NCBI RefSeq assembly: GCF_000283555.1
Contig: NC_016012.1
Coordinates: 961,012-993,011 of the forward strand
Length of the DNA stretch: 32,000 nucleotides
Direction of reading: 5' to 3'
Origin: Candidatus Arthromitus sp. SFB-rat-Yit
GTDB taxonomy: Bacteria; Bacillota; Clostridia; Clostridiales; Clostridiaceae
How positions within the stretch are numbered: position 1 is the stretch's first letter; the number at the start of each line of letters is the position of its first letter. The notes under the pieces are model-generated. The model was not told where the DNA came from. It saw only the letters and a program-made list of their open reading frames with translations, and did not search any database. The position numbers and the translations under genes are program-made. Shown here piece after piece: positions 25,455-32,000 of this stretch.

Positions 25455-25484
25455 AAAAAAAGAGATGGCAGATAAGCCATCTCT
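25455..25484 (-). terminator. rho-independent terminator after P3, about 20 nt upstream of the P2 start codon
   Basis: A 9-bp stem (AGAGATGGC / GCCATCTCT) has a 6-nt loop. On the minus strand it is followed by a T-run and then directly by the P2 RBS. Confidence 0.8.
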
Positions 25485-25498
25485 CTTTTTTGAAATGA

Positions 25499-28400
25499 TT
25501 AATATATCAATTGAAGTTTAGTCACTAACTCTTTAAACTCTGGTTGATCCATCATTTCTCTCGCAATCTTAATCCTTAACTCAGCTATAGACTTAACTTG
25601 ATCTTTGTATTCATCATATTTTCTTTCCCAATAGTTTTGGCCATCACCGTCTGGCTCTCTATTAACTATCAATGAATACATTGTCGTAACAAACTTCGAT
25701 TTACTTAACTCTCTATCAACAAATTCTGGCTGAGTCATTAAATTCTCTGCAATAAATTCTGTAGCTGAAAGTTCTTTTGATGTCAATTTATTAATCCAGA
25801 AATTCCATCCTTCAACTTCTGGCTCACGTCCAAGTGCTATTGTATAAACTCTTGAAACAAAATTTGCAATATCTCCTGTTGGCTTAACAATTTCTTCACT
25901 TGTTGTAAATGGACTCAACTCATACTTACTTGTTAATTTATTTTCTAACGTAAATGTTGCAACAAGTTCACTATATTCTTTATTTGGTTCAAGATTATAA
26001 AGTGTTATGGTATTGGTATCTTTGTCCCAAGAACTTCTTATAACATTAGAATTTTTATCTCTAACTTCTACTGATTTAATACCTGATTTTAAATTTTCAT
26101 AATAATCAAGTTTTATACTTACTTCATTTCCTTTTACACTTGCAATATCAGACTTAACATCTACTTCTGGAACAGATGGCGTCATAACTTTCAAATATCT
26201 TGTTAACACTTTATCATTGCCACTTGCATCTTTATAATTAAATTCTAGAGTTATCGTTGTAGTAGAATTAGGTTTTAATCCTGTTATATCTAAATATGAA
26301 TCTTTAAATTCAACCTTTGCATCTGCATTATTTGCTACAGGTTTAAAAGTCATTCCTGATATCCTTCCATGAATATCATCAACAAAAATTGGAACTCTTG
26401 CTTTTCTTGCATAATCACTCTTAAACTCATCGTTTATTACCACATTGATATCATTCAAGCCTGTTAAAGCTTCCTTCTCTGTCCTGTTATCCATTTTTGT
26501 ATTATTAGGATCAGACTTATAAATATTTCCTATTGATTGTCTTGTTGATTTTTCTGTACCTGTTTCATCTTTATAGCTAAGTTCAAAAATAACATGACCA
26601 TAATCAGTGTTAGGTGTAAGATTTGTTAAAGTTACTATATAATAATTAGTTTTTGTTTTGCTATCCTCAATCTTTTTAACTTCAGATTTTTCAGTTGAAG
26701 TTAAAGAAAGAATTTGCAAATCTCCAATATTTCCTTCACTGTTATCAACCTTAACTATATATCTAAGTGCTGTAGAATCATTTTTAACTGGTTTTACTTT
26801 TAACCCATTAGGTAAAGTAACATCGTCATTTACATTACCAGAACCTAATTCTATTTTTGGTTCAGAAACCTTAGTTGTCCTAACTGTCAATTGGTTAGCC
26901 GTAATATTATTACTTGAATCTACGTTAGCTAAATCGATAGTAACTGTTTCATCTTGCACTCCAATATTTGAAGTTACAAGAAGTTTCGTGAATGTGTATG
27001 ACGTATCTCTCTCAAGGCTATTTACTTGAATATAATATCCCTTATCTTTATTTGATGGGTCAACAGGCACCAAACTACATGCATACTTTGTTCCTCTAGC
27101 ATCTTGCATTTCAACTTTTGTAATTGTGCTATCTGGATCATCGAAAACTATATTTTTATATTTAATAAATGTTCCACCAGTTACTATTCCATCTTTAATA
27201 TTTTGGTAATCTGTCATATCCAAATAAATTCCTGGTTTAATCATTGTTGTTATATATTTTTGTTTTTCAGTTCCTTTATTATTGCTTGCTGTAGTTTCAT
27301 ATATAAGAGTATTACTACTATCATTCTTAACAGTTAAAGTTGAAGGTGATTTACCTGTTCTACACTCTGGAACTGTAAAACCTGATATAAATTGATTGTC
27401 ATTTGCATCAACTTTCAAACTATTTCCATCACTATTAGTTCCACCTATACCGACGAATGTATAATCGGTATTAGTTTTAAGTGTTGTATTATCATTTGAA
27501 GCCGAACTACTTCTTATCATCATTCTTAATACAATATCTTTAGAATTAATAGTTCTTGCACTTCTCAAAGTTCTTCCTGTTGTCCTCATACCATTTAAAT
27601 CTATAATACCTCTTACATAATCCTTGTTGCTTGTTGCATCTGGGAATATATCAGAAATAGAAACGTTTACAAGAGTTCCTTTTGGATCTCTAAACATCAA
27701 TGTTTTTCCTGTATTATTATCAGAAATTACTTTTTTAAGTGCCTTTTGTAATGCTTCCCTAGCTGTTGTTACTTGTCCTGACCACCCACTATTAGAATCT
27801 TTAATTGCTTCATCAAAAGCATTTGAAACTAATCCACTTAAATTCTCTTTATTTAATACTTCTCCTGATAATTTAAAGCTTAAATAAATAACACCTTGAA
27901 TATTCCCAGCATCACCTGTACCTACCACTTCACTTGATCCAACACTTCTTACTGGAATAATTTCTCCTATCGTTGTTTTTTCTGCAGTAGCCTGTGGAAC
28001 AATACCGCTATCTTGTGTATTTTGTGGGGCAACTACATTAGCTTTATTTTGAGATTCACTAGCTGATGGTGTTACTTCTGCACTATTGATTGCATTATTT
28101 AAACTTCCAGTATTTCCTTGAGATGAACTATTTATTTTACTATCAGTTGTATCATTTATCATTGAATCAACATCATCTTGAACAATAGCTCCACCAAATC
28201 CTGTCATAGTATTTCCATTATTAAACGAATTAACATTATCGTTTGATATTATTTCATCAGATGGAGTCATTTGATAATCTGTCATTGTTTGATCAAATAA
28301 GTTTACATCATTTGATTCTGGATTCATTTTTAAGTTATCTGTTACTTCATTATCTTGAGTTCCATAAATATCGTATGGAGCTACATCATATGGAGCTACA

Positions 28401-28711
28401 TTATTATCAAAATTATTTTTTTCATCTATTATTGATGTTTCATCTATAATTTCATCACCATAATTAACATTTGGATAAGTTTCAGAACCATAATCTTGTG
28501 AAGTGTTATTAGTATAAGGATTATTTACTCCATATCCATCTCCTGTATATTCCGTAACAGTTCTATCTGCTGCTCTTCTAAATCCACCCTCTCCTTGTGC
28601 TACATTTGCACCATTATCCGCACTTTTATTGTTATTTGATGTGCAACCTGTTAACATACTTGAGGCAACAACTAATCCAGTTAATAGAAGTGTAATCTTT
28701 TTTCTATTCAT
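25499..28711 (-). CDS. giant modular lipoprotein, paralogue P3: lipobox signal peptide, N/S/D/T-rich tract, conserved N-domain, FN3/Ig-like modules, double DUF4214-like tail
   Basis: 1070 aa. The N-terminus is MNRKKITLLLTGLVVASSMLTGC, with lipobox LTGC. The protein is collinear with the other paralogues. The C-terminus reads ..IANFVSRVYTIALGREPEVEGWNFWINKL...FVTTMYSLIVNREPDGDGQNYW.. Confidence 0.92.
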   Translation of the reverse strand: MNRKKITLLLTGLVVASSMLTGCTSNNNKSADNGANVAQGEGGFRRAADRTVTEYTGDGYGVNNPYTNNTSQDYGSETYPNVNYGDEIIDETSIIDEKNNFDNNVAPYDVAPYDIYGTQDNEVTDNLKMNPESNDVNLFDQTMTDYQMTPSDEIISNDNVNSFNNGNTMTGFGGAIVQDDVDSMINDTTDSKINSSSQGNTGSLNNAINSAEVTPSASESQNKANVVAPQNTQDSGIVPQATAEKTTIGEIIPVRSVGSSEVVGTGDAGNIQGVIYLSFKLSGEVLNKENLSGLVSNAFDEAIKDSNSGWSGQVTTAREALQKALKKVISDNNTGKTLMFRDPKGTLVNVSISDIFPDATSNKDYVRGIIDLNGMRTTGRTLRSARTINSKDIVLRMMIRSSSASNDNTTLKTNTDYTFVGIGGTNSDGNSLKVDANDNQFISGFTVPECRTGKSPSTLTVKNDSSNTLIYETTASNNKGTEKQKYITTMIKPGIYLDMTDYQNIKDGIVTGGTFIKYKNIVFDDPDSTITKVEMQDARGTKYACSLVPVDPSNKDKGYYIQVNSLERDTSYTFTKLLVTSNIGVQDETVTIDLANVDSSNNITANQLTVRTTKVSEPKIELGSGNVNDDVTLPNGLKVKPVKNDSTALRYIVKVDNSEGNIGDLQILSLTSTEKSEVKKIEDSKTKTNYYIVTLTNLTPNTDYGHVIFELSYKDETGTEKSTRQSIGNIYKSDPNNTKMDNRTEKEALTGLNDINVVINDEFKSDYARKARVPIFVDDIHGRISGMTFKPVANNADAKVEFKDSYLDITGLKPNSTTTITLEFNYKDASGNDKVLTRYLKVMTPSVPEVDVKSDIASVKGNEVSIKLDYYENLKSGIKSVEVRDKNSNVIRSSWDKDTNTITLYNLEPNKEYSELVATFTLENKLTSKYELSPFTTSEEIVKPTGDIANFVSRVYTIALGREPEVEGWNFWINKLTSKELSATEFIAENLMTQPEFVDRELSKSKFVTTMYSLIVNREPDGDGQNYWERKYDEYKDQVKSIAELRIKIAREMMDQPEFKELVTKLQLIY
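25726..25882 (-). repeat. highly conserved 3' coding block shared with 28991-29147 (DUF4214-like tail)
   Basis: Hand alignment of the two plus-strand segments shows 13 mismatches and no gaps over 157 nt. The central parts of the genes are far more diverged. Confidence 0.8.
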
Positions 28712-28733
28712 AACCTTCTTAAAACCTCCTAAT
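28637..28733 (-). repeat. conserved RBS plus signal-peptide block shared with 31845-31940
   Basis: The P3 leader AGGAGGTTTTAAGAAGGTTATG differs from the P4 leader AGGAGGTTTAAGAAGGTTATG by one indel. The first 75 coding nt differ at 9 positions by hand count. Confidence 0.75.
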
Positions 28734-28763
28734 TCATAAATAACATTTGTTAATTTATATCAA

Positions 28764-31700
28764 CTAATAATTTAATCCCAATGAAGTTACTAAATCTTTA
28801 AATTCTTTTTCATTCATCATTTCTCTTGCAATTTTAATTCTCAAACTTGCAACTGTACTTGTTTGTTCTCTATATTCGTTATATTTTCTTTCCCAATAGC
28901 TTTGTCCATCTTCATCTGGAGTTCTGTTAACTATTAATGAATACATAGTTGTAACAAACTGTTGTTTATTTAATTCTCTTTCAATAAACTCTGGTTGAGT
29001 CATTAGGTTTTCTGCAATAAACTCTGTAGCTGAAAGTTCTTTTGATGTTAATTTATTAATCCAGAAATTCCATCCTTCAACCTCTGGCTCACGCCCAAGA
29101 GCTATTGTATAAACTCTAGATACAAAGTTTGCAACATCTCCTGTTGGTTTTGGAGTAACTGTTCCAGTTTTAAATGTAGTTAATGGATATTCTACAATTT
29201 CTGTATTTTCAAGAGTAAATTTAGCTATTAATCCTTTAAATTCTGTATTAGCATCCAATCCTTGTACAAGAATTGAATTTGTAGCAGAATCCCAATTAGA
29301 AGTATATTTTTTACCTGATGAATCTTCAACTGATACAGATTTAATAGGTGATTTTGGAGTTGAATAATAATCAAGTTTAATTGTCGCCTCATTATCTTTA
29401 ATAGTAGCCGTATCTGTTTTAATATCTAAATTTCCTATAACTGGAGTTTTTATAGTTACATATTTCCTAATGCTTTGCTCTGTATTTGAATCATTATTAT
29501 AAACAAATTCAAGGGTAATAGTTGTATTTGTATTTGGAGTTAAACCTGATACGTTTACATAAGAACCATCATACTCAACTTTAACATCAGGATTTGATTC
29601 TAATGGAATATAATTCATTCTAACGAATCTTCCATTCATATCATCAATGAATAAAGGAACTCTTGTACTTCTTGCATAATCAGACTTATGGTTTGTTTCA
29701 ATATCTACTGTAAAAGTACTTTGTCCATTAACAGGGTTATTTTCTGTTACGTTATCAACTGTTGCATCATCTCTCTTGCTATTGATTTGAGCTAATGTTG
29801 TTCTAAGAACCCCATTTTTACCATCATAATCTTTATAATCTAATTCTAAGTTAACAAAGTTGTAATCTGTTGCTTTAGAAAGATTACTCAAAGTTACTAC
29901 ATAATAATTAATCTTAGCTTTCTTATCTACTATTTTTTGAATCTTAGACTCTTCTCCTGGTCTTAAACTTGTTACTCTTAATTCACCGATATTATCTTCA
30001 GAATTATCAACCTTCAATACATATCTTAATGAAGTTGCATCGTTCTTAACAGCTTGTACGTTTAATCCTCCTGGAAGCGTAACCATTTGTTTAGGTCCAC
30101 TTGCTCCTAATTCTAATTTTGGCTCACTAAATGTTGTTGTTTTAATCGGCTTAGTATTTTTAGTTGCAGCTCCGGTTGTTTGCTTCTCTTTTAATTGAAG
30201 AACACTAACTTGTTCTTTACCATCAGTGTTTGAAGTTATATCAATTTCAGTGAAAATATAGTTACTATCAGTTCTTAATCCTGAAATCTGTAAATACTTA
30301 CCTTTTGTTTTATCGTCAGGATCAACTTGAATTAATGATCCTGTATAAGTTTTATCCTCTGAATCCTTCATTTCAATCTTTACTATACTATCATCAGGAT
30401 CAACAAATTTAATTCCTTTAAATCTTATAGTTGTACCTCTAGCCTCAACATTATCAGCACTAGTAAAATCAAAATCTCCTACATTAAGATAATATTTTTT
30501 TGCTAACTGGCTTGTATAAAATGTTCCACTAACCTGTGTAGTAGTCGTATTACCACCAGTAGTAGTTTCTTCATATATTGCATTATTCATTACATTTATA
30601 GTAGAAGGGGCTTTTGCTGTTGTCGCTTGAGGAATATTTAATCCCGTTAAAATTTTATCATCTTTTATTGGAAGCTCATTATTTTTAATATTGCTTCCTG
30701 TTAAACCAACAAATGTATAATTTGTATTTGTAGCTAATTCATCATTACCTTGTCCATCCGCACCTTGTAATCTCATAATAAGAGTAATTGGAATATCTTG
30801 TGAAGTAGCTCTTACAGATCTTTGTCCACTTCCTTTATACATACCATCAATATCAATTATTCTTCTTACGTACTGTGAATTTTGATTCTTTGGAGGACAG
30901 ATATTAGCAGCAGTGTATGGTATATTAACTATTTGACCTTTGCTATCTTGGAATGTAAAATTATTACCAGCTGTCACATTAAATATTTCAGCTAATCCAG
31001 CTTGTAAAGCTTCCCTTGCTGTAGTATCTTTAGCTGCTCCTTCAAAATTTGTATTAGCATCTTGTAAAGTTTCCTCATAAGCCTTTTGTATTAAATCAGC
31101 TAAAGCAACCTGAGTACCACTTCCATTATTAACTTTAGTAGAAAGTACATCTCCTGTTAACTTAAAACTAAACCTAATAGTTCCTTGTGGTTTTTTCTGT
31201 CCTTGAGCTCCAGTTAATTCGACACTACCAATACTTCTAACAGGCACGATATTACCAGCTACATTAGTTTGTGTATTTCTAGCATCTTGTGCTTGTACTT
31301 GAGATTGTTGTGGCAATACATTCATAACTTGTCCATTACCATCAACATCTGTACCTGAAGTAACTCCATTATCTTTAACATCATTGGAGTTTATATCATT
31401 TGTTGATTCATCAATCCCATTTATATCGTCTGACAATCTTCCAAAACCATTTAATGGTTCCATAATAGACGCATTATTTTGAAATTCATTCATCCCATTT
31501 GTTCCAAAAATATTTTCTGATGAAGCCAAATTATTTTCCGTTCCATTTCCATTCATTGATCCATCAGACGTTATATTTTCTGAATAGTTATTTAAATTCT
31601 CATCTGCTGAGTTATTAAATCCATTATTAATTTCATTATTTGATTCATTAACTGTATTTGTTCCTGTTTTATCATCAGCATAAGCAATATCTGGATATCC

Positions 31701-31919
31701 TCCAGATTGATATTGATCATTAGAATTGTATGGATACTCTGCTGCTTCTTTAAATTCTGTTACAATTCTTTCTGTTGCTCTCTGCAATGCATTCTCATCA
31801 TATCTAGAAACTTTAGTGTTATTATCTTGAGAGTTCTTGCTTGATGATGTACATCCCGTAAATATACTTGAGGCAATTGCTAATCCAGTTAATAGAAGCG
31901 TAATCTTTTTTCTATTCAT
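28764..31919 (-). CDS. giant modular lipoprotein, paralogue P4: lipobox signal peptide, N/S/G/D-rich tract, conserved N-domain, FN3/Ig-like modules, double DUF4214-like tail
   Basis: 1051 aa. The N-terminus is MNRKKITLLLTGLAIASSIFTGC, with lipobox FTGC. A 52-nt gap with no hairpin separates it from P3, so the two are probably co-transcribed. The C-terminus reads ..VANFVSRVYTIALGREPEVEGWNFWINKL...FVTTMYSLIVNRTPDEDGQSYW.. Confidence 0.92.
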   Translation of the reverse strand: MNRKKITLLLTGLAIASSIFTGCTSSSKNSQDNNTKVSRYDENALQRATERIVTEFKEAAEYPYNSNDQYQSGGYPDIAYADDKTGTNTVNESNNEINNGFNNSADENLNNYSENITSDGSMNGNGTENNLASSENIFGTNGMNEFQNNASIMEPLNGFGRLSDDINGIDESTNDINSNDVKDNGVTSGTDVDGNGQVMNVLPQQSQVQAQDARNTQTNVAGNIVPVRSIGSVELTGAQGQKKPQGTIRFSFKLTGDVLSTKVNNGSGTQVALADLIQKAYEETLQDANTNFEGAAKDTTAREALQAGLAEIFNVTAGNNFTFQDSKGQIVNIPYTAANICPPKNQNSQYVRRIIDIDGMYKGSGQRSVRATSQDIPITLIMRLQGADGQGNDELATNTNYTFVGLTGSNIKNNELPIKDDKILTGLNIPQATTAKAPSTINVMNNAIYEETTTGGNTTTTQVSGTFYTSQLAKKYYLNVGDFDFTSADNVEARGTTIRFKGIKFVDPDDSIVKIEMKDSEDKTYTGSLIQVDPDDKTKGKYLQISGLRTDSNYIFTEIDITSNTDGKEQVSVLQLKEKQTTGAATKNTKPIKTTTFSEPKLELGASGPKQMVTLPGGLNVQAVKNDATSLRYVLKVDNSEDNIGELRVTSLRPGEESKIQKIVDKKAKINYYVVTLSNLSKATDYNFVNLELDYKDYDGKNGVLRTTLAQINSKRDDATVDNVTENNPVNGQSTFTVDIETNHKSDYARSTRVPLFIDDMNGRFVRMNYIPLESNPDVKVEYDGSYVNVSGLTPNTNTTITLEFVYNNDSNTEQSIRKYVTIKTPVIGNLDIKTDTATIKDNEATIKLDYYSTPKSPIKSVSVEDSSGKKYTSNWDSATNSILVQGLDANTEFKGLIAKFTLENTEIVEYPLTTFKTGTVTPKPTGDVANFVSRVYTIALGREPEVEGWNFWINKLTSKELSATEFIAENLMTQPEFIERELNKQQFVTTMYSLIVNRTPDEDGQSYWERKYNEYREQTSTVASLRIKIAREMMNEKEFKDLVTSLGLNY
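28991..29147 (-). repeat. highly conserved 3' coding block shared with 25726-25882
   Basis: Same hand alignment as for 25726-25882: 13 mismatches in 157 nt. Confidence 0.8.
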
Positions 31920-31940
31920 AACCTTCTTAAACCTCCTAAA
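31845..31940 (-). repeat. conserved RBS plus signal-peptide block shared with 28637-28733
   Basis: Same hand alignment as for 28637-28733. Confidence 0.75.
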
Positions 31941-32000
31941 TTTTAAAATAGCACTTATAAAAATAAATAACTCGAACCTTTTAAAAAATTTTTTAATAAA

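Noticed and set aside
26658-28449. Plus-strand ORFs inside P3 (26658-27029, 27104-27337, 27624-27887, 28243-28449).
   Set aside because: These are antisense to a paralogue-supported long ORF. They have no RBS and no recognisable motifs.
28712-28763. The P4-P3 intergenic spacer as a possible promoter or terminator.
   Set aside because: It is only 52 nt with no hairpin and no convincing -35/-10 pair. The simplest reading is co-transcription of P4 and P3.
18191-32000. The idea that the giant-gene array is a mobile island, a phage tail-fibre cluster, or a diversity-generating retroelement target.
   Set aside because: There is no integrase, transposase, reverse transcriptase, phage structural gene, flanking tRNA or terminal repeat. 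I saw no template-repeat-like duplicate of a variable region. The lipobox signal peptides argue for cellular envelope proteins.

Overview
This is strongly AT-rich chromosomal DNA from an endospore-forming Firmicute, probably Clostridia-like, since a spoIIAA-spoIIAB-sigF operon is present. I saw no rRNA, tRNA, CRISPR array, transposase, integrase or reverse transcriptase. 1-6.4 kb holds a minus-strand L-ascorbate PTS utilisation operon (ulaG, EIIA, EIIC, EIIB, an unassigned 344-aa protein, ulaF, and ulaE running off the window) with a divergent DeoR-type regulator. 6.5-12.4 kb holds cutC plus a small basic protein, a YbaN/DUF454 membrane protein, a single-domain globin, a stand-alone MgsA_C-like protein co-transcribed with an orphan cellobiose-type PTS EIIC, and a membrane protein with two SCP2-like domains. 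12.4-12.9 kb is ORF-poor but has a near-consensus promoter and a terminator. 12.9-18.1 kb (all minus strand) holds the sigF operon, a 220-aa unknown, an M28 peptidase and an orphan family-5 solute-binding lipoprotein. The stand-out feature is at 18.2-31.9 kb: four tandem, co-directional paralogous genes of about 1050-1160 codons. Each has a variable low-complexity N-terminus, a conserved N-domain I cannot assign, about five FN3/Ig-like modules and a double DUF4214-like C-terminal tail. A small DUF1659-like gene is embedded in the array. The four paralogues carry different targeting signals: two have a lipobox, one has a plain signal peptide, and one has none. Their 5' and 3' ends are far more conserved than their cores, and terminator-like hairpins sit directly in front of some start sites. 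All family assignments rest on remembered motifs and hand alignment, because no database search was possible.
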